Shown: positions 29,212 to 39,352, counted from the stretch's first letter. The stretch is 64,000 nucleotides of DNA from a virus (IMGVR_UViG_3300028797_000159:1-64000), one strand, 5' to 3'. Translations and numbers: made by a program. Notes: generated from the sequence alone by a model not told the origin.

Positions 29212-29283
29212 TAATAAACATTACGTATGTATATTTTTATTATAGATTGTTTTCTATAATAAATAACTATAGGAGATTTAATT

Positions 29284-29985
29284 ATGTGTGAAATATATGG
29301 ATTTTGTGGTTCAAGTCCAACTATTATAAATAAATATACAAATGAATTTTGGATGCATGCTAAAGTTCATAAAGATGGTTTTGGATATTATCTTGCAGAT
29401 AAAGATGAATTATATGTAAATCCTGCTTCAGCTATCGCTTATTTTGATAAGCTATCTAAAAAGAAATTTGAAACTAGTTTGGCGTTATGTCACATTAGGT
29501 TTAAAACACATGGTCCAGCAACAAAAGAAAACTGTCATCCGTTTTCTAAATATGATTGTAGAGGAATTAAATGGACTTTAATTCATAATGGTTATATTTG
29601 TGATAATTGTAACACAGCTGCATTATCTACAATTCAAACTGGTGAAACAGATAGTGAGAGGATGTTGCTTTCAATCGTTGAAGCTATAAATCATTTTTAT
29701 GAACATTCATGTGTAGAAAATCCAAATGAATTTAAAATATTTTTATATGCATGTATTGAACGTGAGATTCAAGATCTATCTCAATTAGGTAAAACTAATT
29801 TTATTTTTACAGATAATGCAACTAATAACATGTATGTTTACATGAATCATGCAAATACTTTGTTTTTGTTGAAAACACCTGATGGTATTCATGTTTCAAC
29901 AACTAAACTTTCCAATGAAAATTGGATGCCTGTAGAGCCACATAAACTACATGTTTTTAATAATGGTGAACGAGTAGATTATTAA
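29284..29985 (+). CDS. class II glutamine amidotransferase
   Basis: M-C start, HKDGFG, HIRFKTHG, NCHPF, HNG, TDSE. Confidence 0.9.
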   Translation: MCEIYGFCGSSPTIINKYTNEFWMHAKVHKDGFGYYLADKDELYVNPASAIAYFDKLSKKKFETSLALCHIRFKTHGPATKENCHPFSKYDCRGIKWTLIHNGYICDNCNTAALSTIQTGETDSERMLLSIVEAINHFYEHSCVENPNEFKIFLYACIEREIQDLSQLGKTNFIFTDNATNNMYVYMNHANTLFLLKTPDGIHVSTTKLSNENWMPVEPHKLHVFNNGERVDY

Positions 29986-29999
29986 TATAGGATTGTGCT

Positions 30000-30395
30000 A
30001 TGGATAAATCACTTATTGAAAAATTTAAAGATTTAAATGACCTTGAATTTGAGATTATTTTCATTGACAGTATTTGTAAGAAAATGAAAACACTAAATAG
30101 TCAAGAAGTGCGCATAGCAACAATGCTATTTATGTATATGTCTATTGTTGAGTCACTTAAGAAATATAGGCAACTTGCTGCAGACAGCAATAGGACAATT
30201 CCACATGGTGAAGCTATTAATATGCTGATTAATAAAGGCGATTTATTTCTTTCATCTGTAGCTGCTGAAGAAGATAGATCATATTATGTTTACAAATCGT
30301 TAAGTGACTTTTATGAATTTTCAAAAGACCTACTTTCACTACTAAAAAGTGAAATGACAGAAGACCCTACATATGCACATCTAATAAAATCGTAA
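30000..30395 (+). CDS. hypothetical protein
   Basis: 131-aa ORF. Confidence 0.6.
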   Translation: MDKSLIEKFKDLNDLEFEIIFIDSICKKMKTLNSQEVRIATMLFMYMSIVESLKKYRQLAADSNRTIPHGEAINMLINKGDLFLSSVAAEEDRSYYVYKSLSDFYEFSKDLLSLLKSEMTEDPTYAHLIKS

Positions 30396-30541
30396 TGAGG
30401 TATCATGGGTTTAACTATTATATTTTTAATAACATTAGCAATAGTATTATTTATATTAATAGCTACTTTGGTTGATATATTTACAAGTCGTAATAAATAA
30501 AATATAAAGCATAGTAAATTAATTACTATGCTTTATTTATT

Positions 30542-30676
30542 TGTAGGGATTTTTATTTTGTATCAGATAATGAATCGAAAATCCCTGATACAATTTGATA
30601 CAATTTTTGTGTTTACAAGCCACTTGATTTGCCGTATAATATACCCATAAATTGAGCATGAATGGTTCAGCTCAAT
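30542..30676 (+). promoter_or_regulatory. repeat cassette copy 13
   Basis: -35 30612; -10 30635; hairpin attgagc/gctcaat. Confidence 0.9.
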
Positions 30677-30694
30677 CACCTAGTGGAGGAAAGT

Positions 30695-31054
30695 ATGTCT
30701 TGGACAGAGAATATGCAATCAATGACTGATGAAGCAATTTCCATTTTCATGGAAAAAGCACCTAAAACAATTAATGTCATTAAGAGATCATTTGGCTATT
30801 TTGAGGCTGAAATTCCATACAATGAAATAGTCATTAATACTGTAATTAAATTTGGTGGGTTTAATATGTGGACTAAACATACACATAAAGAAAACATTGA
30901 TGACAGAATGTATGGTAGAAATATATCTGATTATAGATTCTATAAATCTATATATGATTCACAGCAAATGAAATCACTTAATTTAGACAGAATTCTGTCT
31001 GATATTTATGACCATCGTAATGGTTATATAACTTCTGGTTCACTTGGTGACTAA
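30695..31054 (+). CDS. hypothetical protein
   Basis: Start after GGAGG. Confidence 0.6.
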   Translation: MSWTENMQSMTDEAISIFMEKAPKTINVIKRSFGYFEAEIPYNEIVINTVIKFGGFNMWTKHTHKENIDDRMYGRNISDYRFYKSIYDSQQMKSLNLDRILSDIYDHRNGYITSGSLGD

Positions 31055-31079
31055 TAAAGATTAATCCATGGAGGTAATT

Positions 31080-31256
31080 ATGAAACATTGCAAATGTGAT
31101 TTTTGTTTTAATGATGCTGCTTATGTTTCAGGTGATGGTGAGCTTCATTTATGTGAAGATTGCTATGTCGTTATGGAAGATGAATTTGAGTCTTCATTTG
31201 AAGATGAGGTTGGTGTTCCATTTGATGAATACTATGACTTTGAAGACGTCATTTAA
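31080..31256 (+). CDS. small Zn-finger-like acidic protein
   Basis: CDFC...LCEDC. Confidence 0.55.
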   Translation: MKHCKCDFCFNDAAYVSGDGELHLCEDCYVVMEDEFESSFEDEVGVPFDEYYDFEDVI

Positions 31257-31306
31257 TATTAAATGTAAACTTGGTTCTACACTTAATTCCTATAAGGAGA
31301 CACTAC

Positions 31307-31660
31307 ATGAAATATACAACTAGCACACTTGTTGACGCCGATCTTCTTGATTCATTCTATAATGATTCTTCACTTACACTTGAAGGTCTTGATCTTAATA
31401 GCATTGAAGATTATGCTAATTATCTTAATGAAAATTTTGGTTTGAAAGATAATACTGTGTTTCATATTATTGATGGTAAATATATGAATGATTATTATGA
31501 ATTAACAGGTACAAATTGTTATCCTAATGATCTTCATATTATTATTGTAAAGCTTGATAATATTATAGATTTAAATAAACTCATGACTAAACGATTTACA
31601 TTTGGTGGTCGTTGGTTTGACGATGTAGTTGATAATAATAAACAACGTCAATGTTGTTAA
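31307..31660 (+). CDS. conserved phage protein, paralog of 51445
   Basis: LTLEGLDLNS...FGGRWFDDVVDNN shared. Confidence 0.75.
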   Translation: MKYTTSTLVDADLLDSFYNDSSLTLEGLDLNSIEDYANYLNENFGLKDNTVFHIIDGKYMNDYYELTGTNCYPNDLHIIIVKLDNIIDLNKLMTKRFTFGGRWFDDVVDNNKQRQCC

Positions 31661-31751
31661 AAATATAATACATATCTGTGTATATTTACACGTCGTATAA
31701 ATAACATTAACTATCAGTAATCATGGAGTTGCTGATATAAGGAGAAATAAT

Positions 31752-32300
31752 ATGGATAAGACATTTGAAGCTACTACGAAAAAAGAGCTTATTGATAATA
31801 TTCTTAAAATGATGGTTACACCAAATGTAAAACAACCAGTACATTCAGATAAAGATGAATCTAATTATAAATCATTTATTAAGTCTGTTAATCTAAGTCA
31901 TAAAGCGACAGTTGAATTGCCATTGGATTATGCTATTCGTCATGAAATGTTTAATCTAATTAAAACTGGTAAAGTTTATATTAAAAGTTCTATTAGATTT
32001 ACTACAGTATTCACAACTGAAATGCCTACTGATGTAACAGCATCATCATTTAATGCTACATATACTGGCCATGAGTTTTATTATTCATTTCTTGATAATC
32101 ATCCTGGAATTATCAATGTTGACAAACTAAAAGATATTCCTATTGATTATGAGGGTTTGATGGCTGTTCCATTAACTGTCCTTGAATTTAAGAATTTTAT
32201 TAGATTTAATGTATATAGAGTATTATATACGCCTAAGCATAATGGTAAAATAATTTATCCTAGAGTTGTTGTTTCAAATAAAGTTGCAATCACTGATTAA
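31752..32300 (+). CDS. EcoRI-family adenine methyltransferase C-terminal-like fragment
   Basis: INVDKLKDIPIDYEGLMAVPLT...NGKIIYPRVV; no SAM-binding or NPPF motif seen. Confidence 0.55.
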   Translation: MDKTFEATTKKELIDNILKMMVTPNVKQPVHSDKDESNYKSFIKSVNLSHKATVELPLDYAIRHEMFNLIKTGKVYIKSSIRFTTVFTTEMPTDVTASSFNATYTGHEFYYSFLDNHPGIINVDKLKDIPIDYEGLMAVPLTVLEFKNFIRFNVYRVLYTPKHNGKIIYPRVVVSNKVAITD

Positions 32301-32324
32301 ATGGTTTAATAAGGAGATTTAATT

Positions 32325-32828
32325 ATGACAAAGTATTCCAATTCTATGAATAGATCAGCACTTATTGATGAGCCTATTGTTGAAATGCTTCTTTCTAAGA
32401 AATATGCTTCATCAGGAATTTCTTTTCAGAAGGAATATAAAAATTCTACATTGATGTATTCAGTAAATGGAGTTCATAGAAATCTTTTTATTAAACGCAA
32501 TTCGTCTAAATATTATAATTCAAATAATTTCTTTATCACACTAAATAAAAATCGACTTGATGTATTTAATAATGCAACATATGTCTTTATTGATGAAGTT
32601 TCAAATGCACTTTATTTAGTTGATGGCATGAATTTACTTAAGTTTATTTTGAATCATAAAGACAATATTAATCAAATTGATAATACTGAAAATTATTATA
32701 TCTTAATATCTAAAGCTGACATTATTTCTTTGACTGATAGTAAAAATCAGATTATAAATTATAATAATCAATTTGCTACTTTATTTAAAATGTATAGAGA
32801 CGAATCTAATTTTACGAATCTTATGTGA
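32325..32828 (+). CDS. hypothetical protein
   Basis: AAGGAG RBS. Confidence 0.6.
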   Translation: MTKYSNSMNRSALIDEPIVEMLLSKKYASSGISFQKEYKNSTLMYSVNGVHRNLFIKRNSSKYYNSNNFFITLNKNRLDVFNNATYVFIDEVSNALYLVDGMNLLKFILNHKDNINQIDNTENYYILISKADIISLTDSKNQIINYNNQFATLFKMYRDESNFTNLM

Positions 32829-32862
32829 TTTACTTTAAACAATATAAATATAGGACATTAAT

Positions 32863-33396
32863 ATGGGAAATATTATTTTTAACAAAACACGTAAAGTCAC
32901 ATCGCCAACTTCTGCATATGGTAAACCTGCTGCAGTTGATTTCTATATTCCTGAATACTCGCCAGAATTGTCAACTGATTTGGTAAATAAAAACCCAAAT
33001 AGGTATGATTATAAACTTGACATTTCACCTAAATTGGATTCAATGACAATCACACTTATGCCTAATGGTAGAATCCTAATTCCATCAGGCATTCGTGTCA
33101 TTATTAATGACCCTAATACTTGTTTACTTGCTGTAAATAAATCAGGTATTGCTTCTAAGAAGGGACTAATTATCGGAGCTGCATTAATCGACGAAGATTA
33201 TACAGGTGAAATACATCTTAATCTTATCAATACTACTAGAGACATTGTTCAACTTAAAACTGGTGATAAAGTAGTACAATTTATGCACCTTCCAATTATT
33301 CGTTCAGAATTTCAGGAAGTCTGTTCAGAAGACTTTGATAAACTTAAGCCTGACTCTAAACGTGGCGATAAAGGGTTTGGTAGCTCAGGCACATAA
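32863..33396 (+). CDS. dut: trimeric dUTPase
   Basis: AAVDF, NKSG, IDEDYTGEI, GDKVVQ, RGDKGFGSSG. Confidence 0.92.
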   Translation: MGNIIFNKTRKVTSPTSAYGKPAAVDFYIPEYSPELSTDLVNKNPNRYDYKLDISPKLDSMTITLMPNGRILIPSGIRVIINDPNTCLLAVNKSGIASKKGLIIGAALIDEDYTGEIHLNLINTTRDIVQLKTGDKVVQFMHLPIIRSEFQEVCSEDFDKLKPDSKRGDKGFGSSGT

Positions 33397-33411
33397 TAAA
33401 GGCCATAGTAA

Positions 33412-33780
33412 ATGCCTAATGCTGAATATATTGATGAGAAATTAAAATGTTTACTGCATGAAGCTGAAGGATTTTCACAATTAAATACTTGTCTAGGTGT
33501 TCGTCTTTCAGATCATGCCGCCCAATTATGTGGGTGTAGGTCAACTCGTCAGATAAGTGATAGCGCTGCTGATGACGTTGAACTTACATTTTTTGATTTA
33601 TTAAATCGTTTACATGACAACATTATTGAGTGTCTTTCATATTTGGAAAATGATCATGTATATAATGATAATGTAATGTCATTTAATGATGAAACACTTT
33701 CAAAGTATCTTGAAGATGTTTTATATTATATGACAATAGAAAATTACAGGTCATATTTTTATGAAAGCTTCTTTATATAG
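33412..33780 (+). CDS. hypothetical protein
   Basis: 122-aa ORF. Confidence 0.55.
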   Translation: MPNAEYIDEKLKCLLHEAEGFSQLNTCLGVRLSDHAAQLCGCRSTRQISDSAADDVELTFFDLLNRLHDNIIECLSYLENDHVYNDNVMSFNDETLSKYLEDVLYYMTIENYRSYFYESFFI

Positions 33781-33788
33781 GTGATTAT

Positions 33789-34367
33789 ATGAATTCGCAA
33801 AAGAAAAAGATAATTATTATAGAAGGTCCTGATAATGTTGGGAAGGATACACTTATTAATAAATTAAAAGAAACATTTAAAAATCCAGTAGTGTTTCATG
33901 CAGGTATTCCCGATAATAATAAAAGTTTACATAAGTTTTATTATGAAGGTATTATACATGATACTTTAGACAAATATTATAATTCAGATTGTGATGCTAT
34001 TATTCATAATAGGTCTTTTTATGGTGAATTTGTATATGGCCCAAAATATCGGAATATGTTTCCAGGAACAGCTGCACAATTAGTTTATGCTTTAGAAGCT
34101 GGACAATTAAGAACATTTATTCGAGAAGATGAATTATATCTTATACTTCTAACAAGTGATAATGTTAATTTACTTATTAATAATGAAGATGGAAAATCAT
34201 TATCATTAGCTGATAAGAAAAACATTTCAGACGAAATTGAACTATTTAATACTATATTTAAGCTGTCAGAAATTAAAAATAAAAAGAAGGTATTAGTTAA
34301 TAATGATGCATCTTTTAAAGATAAAAATGAAATTTATAATGAAGTTATAACATTCATTAATAAATAA
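33789..34367 (+). CDS. thymidylate-kinase-like dNMP kinase
   Basis: IIIEGPDNVGKDT P-loop; NRS..GE.VYG. Confidence 0.85.
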   Translation: MNSQKKKIIIIEGPDNVGKDTLINKLKETFKNPVVFHAGIPDNNKSLHKFYYEGIIHDTLDKYYNSDCDAIIHNRSFYGEFVYGPKYRNMFPGTAAQLVYALEAGQLRTFIREDELYLILLTSDNVNLLINNEDGKSLSLADKKNISDEIELFNTIFKLSEIKNKKKVLVNNDASFKDKNEIYNEVITFINK

Positions 34368-34369
34368 CT

Positions 34370-34933
34370 ATGTCAAAAACAATTTCAATTACAGGAAAAC
34401 CTGGGTCAGGTAAATCTACATTAATTCGTAAATTAAAAAATGAATTAAATATAAATACTGAACATCTTGTTAAGCATAATAATCGCAGTTATCATTATTT
34501 TAGTAATGATAATCATGTTTATATACTTGGAAAATATTCAGATGATACACCATTTGGTGGTGTAGATTTTTATAAAAGTAAATTGTTTTCTATAGATTTA
34601 ATTAATCTTATTATTAGCGATGATAAGGACGCAATTATATTTTTAGAAGGTGTTTTCTTTAAAAAATATAATTATGATGTTAAATTATTTTTATCAGTAA
34701 CAGATGATGTTTTAATTAAAAATCTACTAGATAGAGCTGCTGCTAATTATAATATTAAAAGATTTAAATCACCTGAAGAAATAGAAGCTAAATCAAAAAA
34801 GATTTTAGAGACATTTAAATATTTTGAAAATCGATTTAGAAAACAAGGTTATAAATTACTAAATAATAATACGGATGAAGAGCATGCAGCTAATTATCAA
34901 TTACTATTAAATTATGCTAATAATAAAATATAA
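34370..34933 (+). CDS. P-loop kinase
   Basis: ITGKPGSGKST; ILGKY...FGGVD; IFLEG. Confidence 0.75.
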   Translation: MSKTISITGKPGSGKSTLIRKLKNELNINTEHLVKHNNRSYHYFSNDNHVYILGKYSDDTPFGGVDFYKSKLFSIDLINLIISDDKDAIIFLEGVFFKKYNYDVKLFLSVTDDVLIKNLLDRAAANYNIKRFKSPEEIEAKSKKILETFKYFENRFRKQGYKLLNNNTDEEHAANYQLLLNYANNKI

Positions 34934-34942
34934 ATAAAAATT

Positions 34943-35060
34943 AAGTGTATTAAATTTGTAACTGGATTATATCAATAATAAATTAAAAATCCCTGATACA
35001 AATTTAATACACTTTTTCTATTTACAATGAGGCAATTTTATTGTATAATATATTTATAAA
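34943..35060 (+). promoter_or_regulatory. repeat cassette copy 14 (leader hairpin decayed)
   Basis: Perfect 18-bp aagtgtattaaatttgta/tacaaatttaatacactt; -35 35021; -10 35044. Confidence 0.8.
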
Positions 35061-35202
35061 TTAAATAACAATATTATATATTGGATAATATTATGCGTAA
35101 CATCGATTCTGAAGACGAACCGTTTGTATTTATATTTGCAATGATAGTTATTGCAGGATTAGTTATTGGTATTATGAAACTTATTATGGTGTGAGGATTC
35201 AC

Positions 35203-35895
35203 ATGCTCCCAATGGCTACAACAGAAGATATTAGAAATGAATTAAAAGATCTCTATAATAACAAAGTCTTTCGTGAAGGTAAATACGGAAAGACTGTTGA
35301 GATTCAAAATGCACATTTTTTAGCAGATAGTGACTCAATCATTCGTGCGCCTAATTATGATTATGCTAAACGTGAAATTGAATGGTATGAATCTCAATCA
35401 CTATATGTGAAAGACATTCCTGGTGGCGCACCAAAAATTTGGCAAGCTTGTGCAGATAGAGATGGTAAGATCAATAGCAATTACGGATGGTGTATATTTT
35501 CAGACGAGAATTACAGACAATTTTATAATTGTGTAGATCGATTGCTATATGATAAATATACACGAGAAGCTTGCATGATTTACAATCGTCCATCTATGCA
35601 ATACGATTGTACTTATCATGGCATGCATGACTTTATGTGTACTTATGCCACTCAAGTATTTTTAAATGACATAGGTAATAATAAATATAAGCTTGATTAT
35701 ACTGTATTTATGAGAAGTTGCGATGCTGTTTTTGGGTATGATAATGACGTACTATGGGCACAATATGTTCAAAATAAAATGGTTGATGAATTAAAGTATT
35801 ATGATAAAGATGTGATTCCTGGTAGTATTATTTGGAATGCTGGTAGTCTTCATGTTTATGAAAGGCATTTTAAATATTTAATGGAGATTGAATAA
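35203..35895 (+). CDS. T4 gp42-like dCMP hydroxymethylase (thymidylate synthase superfamily)
   Basis: INSNYG, DFMCT, MRSCDAVFGYDND (Asp at the dCMP-specificity position), GSIIWNAGSLHVYERHF. Confidence 0.85.
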   Translation: MLPMATTEDIRNELKDLYNNKVFREGKYGKTVEIQNAHFLADSDSIIRAPNYDYAKREIEWYESQSLYVKDIPGGAPKIWQACADRDGKINSNYGWCIFSDENYRQFYNCVDRLLYDKYTREACMIYNRPSMQYDCTYHGMHDFMCTYATQVFLNDIGNNKYKLDYTVFMRSCDAVFGYDNDVLWAQYVQNKMVDELKYYDKDVIPGSIIWNAGSLHVYERHFKYLMEIE

Positions 35896-36185
35896 TGAAA
35901 AAGTTATTTGTATTTCTATTTGCTATATTAATTTTTACTTTTATTCCAATTGCTTCATTTGCACAACCACGGCATCCATTACCTCCTCCACCTGGAGGAT
36001 ATCGTCCTGCTGTGATTGAACATTGTTATACTGTTCTTATTCCATTCCCACATAGAAAATGCGAGATTCGATATTTATATAATTATACTCCAGCACCGCC
36101 ACCTCCTAGACGACATACTCCAATGCCACCTCCGCCCCCAAAAGGTCATCCATCGCCACATCACCACCATCACACACATAAATAA
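35895..36185 (+). CDS. small secreted Pro/His-rich protein
   Basis: Signal peptide; PPPP runs; HHHHH tail. Confidence 0.6.
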   Translation: MKKLFVFLFAILIFTFIPIASFAQPRHPLPPPPGGYRPAVIEHCYTVLIPFPHRKCEIRYLYNYTPAPPPPRRHTPMPPPPPKGHPSPHHHHHTHK

Positions 36186-36313
36186 ATAAGTTATGCATTA
36201 TAGTTAAATTAACTATAATGCATTTTTTATATATAATGTAATTTAATTAATATCAAATAATAGTAATAATTATATAGTTAATGATTCTATAATTATTTAA
36301 AAGGACAATTACT

Positions 36314-37600
36314 ATGAATAAAGATAAATTTAAAATGTTTGAGTCTAGAATTTCTAAATTAGAAAAACTTATTAACAATCAAAATCGAATTAAAAACGAG
36401 CGTGGACTACACGGCAATTATGATGTAGCAGCTGATGATGAATGGTGGGATTTTGATGACAATGAGTTTGTTGTTAATGATACAAACACAAAAACATCAG
36501 GTAATTTAAATGATAGGCCAATTATTAAAAATGGTGGTGCATCTGCAGAAGCATTTGAAAATGTAATATGTGACGCAATATACTATAAAGGTGAAATGCC
36601 GGATAATTATGGCTATACTAATGTAATTAAAAAAGTATGTCATACTGATGAGCCTGAAAAAGTATTTAATCAATTATATAAAACATTATCAAAAACGCCA
36701 CTAGCTAAAGCAAACTTACAAGCATTACCTGGTCATCAGCCAGTTACTAAAAAATGGATAAAGCTTGGTTTTTATGATGTATATGGTGCTAGACCAAGTG
36801 GCGTTCCAAAGACAGACATTATTGGTGGTAACTTTCATGTTTCTGTAAAAAAGAAAGGTGGCTCACAATTAATGTCAGGTACTGTTTGCGAAACATTAGC
36901 TACTATTAATGCTGCATTTTTAAATAGTGCAAATGATATATCAGCACAGCTTGTTGAATTACAAAATCAAATGAATTCAATATCTGATACTAATAGTAAT
37001 GAGTACAATAAGCTAATGGCTAAATATGACGAGCTCGATGCTAAACGTGAATTACTACTTGATAAAATCAGTGATACTAAAAATGTAATGGATAATATTA
37101 TCAGTAGTGGTGGATCATTTAAACAACGACTAGACAGTGATTCAGCACAAGCAAGAAAAGATTATTATGATTATATTGCTAAGGTAAATAATATTGAGTT
37201 ATCAATGAAAAATCTTAATAAGCAAATTGCGAAATTACAGAAATTTGATGATAGTGCTGAATTTGCTTATGGTAAAATGGAAATTGCAAGAAAGCAATTT
37301 GAAAAGAATATTATTCAGCAGATTGAAAATGAGTCATCAGAGTTACATGACGCTATTTTAAGAGAAGCTATTACTGGTCAAGTTAAATTTGGTTATGGCT
37401 CAAAAGGTTGTGCTAATTATGTATTAGTTTGGGATGAAGATGGTACTTGTGAAGTATTTAATATTGATGAATATATAAATCATATTCAGGGTCATAACAA
37501 GTTTGATTTAAGCTATAAATCAAATAGTGTTAAATTAAAAGGCGGGAAAACTGGTCAATATGACGCTGATATAGCACTACGTATTACAGTTAATAATTAA
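36314..37600 (+). CDS. large protein with FESRISKLEK leader; possible PD-(D/E)xK fold
   Basis: PKTDII...VSVKKKGGSQLMSG. Confidence 0.5.
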   Translation: MNKDKFKMFESRISKLEKLINNQNRIKNERGLHGNYDVAADDEWWDFDDNEFVVNDTNTKTSGNLNDRPIIKNGGASAEAFENVICDAIYYKGEMPDNYGYTNVIKKVCHTDEPEKVFNQLYKTLSKTPLAKANLQALPGHQPVTKKWIKLGFYDVYGARPSGVPKTDIIGGNFHVSVKKKGGSQLMSGTVCETLATINAAFLNSANDISAQLVELQNQMNSISDTNSNEYNKLMAKYDELDAKRELLLDKISDTKNVMDNIISSGGSFKQRLDSDSAQARKDYYDYIAKVNNIELSMKNLNKQIAKLQKFDDSAEFAYGKMEIARKQFEKNIIQQIENESSELHDAILREAITGQVKFGYGSKGCANYVLVWDEDGTCEVFNIDEYINHIQGHNKFDLSYKSNSVKLKGGKTGQYDADIALRITVNN

Positions 37601-37677
37601 ACAATTTTATATAGAATTAAAGCATACTAATATTTTATTATTAGTATGCTTTTCTTTTTATATATGAAATTCAATAA

Positions 37678-37822
37678 CATGATGCGTAAATTTGTATCGA
37701 AATTGTATCGAAGTTATTTCAAAAATCCCTGATACAAAAATGATACAAAAAATTTGTTTACAAATCAGGGGACCTGAGGTATAATATACTCACAAAATGA
37801 ATGAGAATGGATCTTGTTCATT
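37678..37822 (+). promoter_or_regulatory. repeat cassette copy 15
   Basis: TGTATC x2 and GATACA x2 at 11-bp period; -35 37757; -10 37780. Confidence 0.9.
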
Positions 37823-37841
37823 GACCTATAGAGGTAATATT

Positions 37842-38243
37842 ATGGCAGATAAAAAAGAGCTTTGGATTGCAGTAGATTTTGATGGCACCCTCGTATTACC
37901 AAATTGGCCAACAATAGGAAGTGAAAATCCTTATGCTGTAAAAGTTGTTAAAAGATTTCGTCGTGATGGTTTTAAAATTATGTTACACACATGTAGACAG
38001 GGAAGCTGTTTAGAAGAAGCTGTATTATGGATGAAATCTCATAATATAAGCCCAGATGCCATAAATGAGAATCCCTATGCTAGAAAATTATATGGGGCAC
38101 CAGGCCCGAAAATTTTTGCAGACCTTTATATAGATGATCATAACGTCTTTATCAAAAGAACACGTAATAATGCAGTAGATTGGAAATGGATTAATCGTAA
38201 TTACAAAAAAATCGTATTACAAATACATAATACCATATGCTAA
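37842..38243 (+). CDS. HAD-family hydrolase (BT0820-like)
   Basis: IAVDFDGT, HTCR, KIFADLYIDD. Confidence 0.85.
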   Translation: MADKKELWIAVDFDGTLVLPNWPTIGSENPYAVKVVKRFRRDGFKIMLHTCRQGSCLEEAVLWMKSHNISPDAINENPYARKLYGAPGPKIFADLYIDDHNVFIKRTRNNAVDWKWINRNYKKIVLQIHNTIC

Positions 38244-38307
38244 TATGTTAATCTACCTTCAATATCAATATATGATAAATGCTATATTATATCATATTGG
38301 AGGTATT

Positions 38308-39195
38308 ATGAATAGAAATCAATATAAGCTAGCTTGTCTTAATAAAGTTGTAGGAATCCATAAATGGGAATACAAAGTAAAAAGATTACAAAGGTCATTA
38401 AAATATAATAATGATCCTAATGCAAATTGCATTCATCATTTACAAGATACTGAAGAGCAAATAAAGTATAACGATGAACATTATGAGTATTTTGGTTTCA
38501 ATGAAGATGGAACGTTTGAGTATGGAAAATACGTAATATTTGTAACTAAAGAGTGGCATGATAATTATCATCGAAATTCTGCATTAACAAAACAACGTAT
38601 AAGCGATGGATGTAAACAAGTATGGCAACGCGATGGTTATCGTGAATATATGAGTAAAATGCATAGTGATTATTATAAGGATAATCCAGAAGCTATTGAA
38701 AATATGAAAGCTTTTTCAAAAGAATATTGGACAAACAAACGTAGGATTGAGGCTAGTGAACAAAGATCACAATATTATTTAGAGCATCCAGAAACCAAAG
38801 AACTTATTAGTCAAAATAGAAAAGGTAAATGCGTAGGTAAAGATCATCCATTTTATGGAAAACATCATACTGATGAGACTAAAAATAAAATTAGTATTTC
38901 ACAAAAAGCTAATATGACTGATGAGCATAGGAAGGTTATTAGTGAAGCTACTAAAGAAGCGATGAAAGACCCTATTATAAGACAAAAAATTATAGATGCA
39001 AATACAGGTGAAAACAATCCTAATTATGGAAAACCACGAGATGATGAAACACGTTCAAAAATAAGTCAATCTAAAAAATCTTATATGTTAAAATTAGGTG
39101 ATCTATTTAGAGAATATAAAGCAAATGGTGGAACATTGAAATGGAATCAGTTTCAGACATATGCTAAAGATAATCATTTGTTAGATGATAAATAG
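38308..39195 (+). CDS. HNH/NUMOD3 homing-type endonuclease
   Basis: IHH...EWHDNYH; HPFYGKHHTDETK; NPNYGK. Confidence 0.75.
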   Translation: MNRNQYKLACLNKVVGIHKWEYKVKRLQRSLKYNNDPNANCIHHLQDTEEQIKYNDEHYEYFGFNEDGTFEYGKYVIFVTKEWHDNYHRNSALTKQRISDGCKQVWQRDGYREYMSKMHSDYYKDNPEAIENMKAFSKEYWTNKRRIEASEQRSQYYLEHPETKELISQNRKGKCVGKDHPFYGKHHTDETKNKISISQKANMTDEHRKVISEATKEAMKDPIIRQKIIDANTGENNPNYGKPRDDETRSKISQSKKSYMLKLGDLFREYKANGGTLKWNQFQTYAKDNHLLDDK

Positions 39196-39215
39196 TCTCT
39201 AATAAGAGGGAGATT

Positions 39216-39332
39216 TGCATCGATAATAAATCAAAAATCCCTGATACAAATTGATGAATTTTTCTTGTTTACAAACGAGGTCACTTAGTATATAATATCC
39301 TCATAAAATGAATGGAAATGGATCCATTCATT
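39216..39332 (+). promoter_or_regulatory. repeat cassette copy 16
   Basis: -35 39268; -10 39291; hairpin aatgaatgg/ccattcatt. Confidence 0.9.
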
Positions 39333-39352
39333 AGACTATTGGAGATTGAATT

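Noticed and set aside
35203-35895. Calling this gene thyA
   Set aside because: It has Asp rather than Asn at the specificity position and T4 gp42-like motifs; ThyX is present separately.
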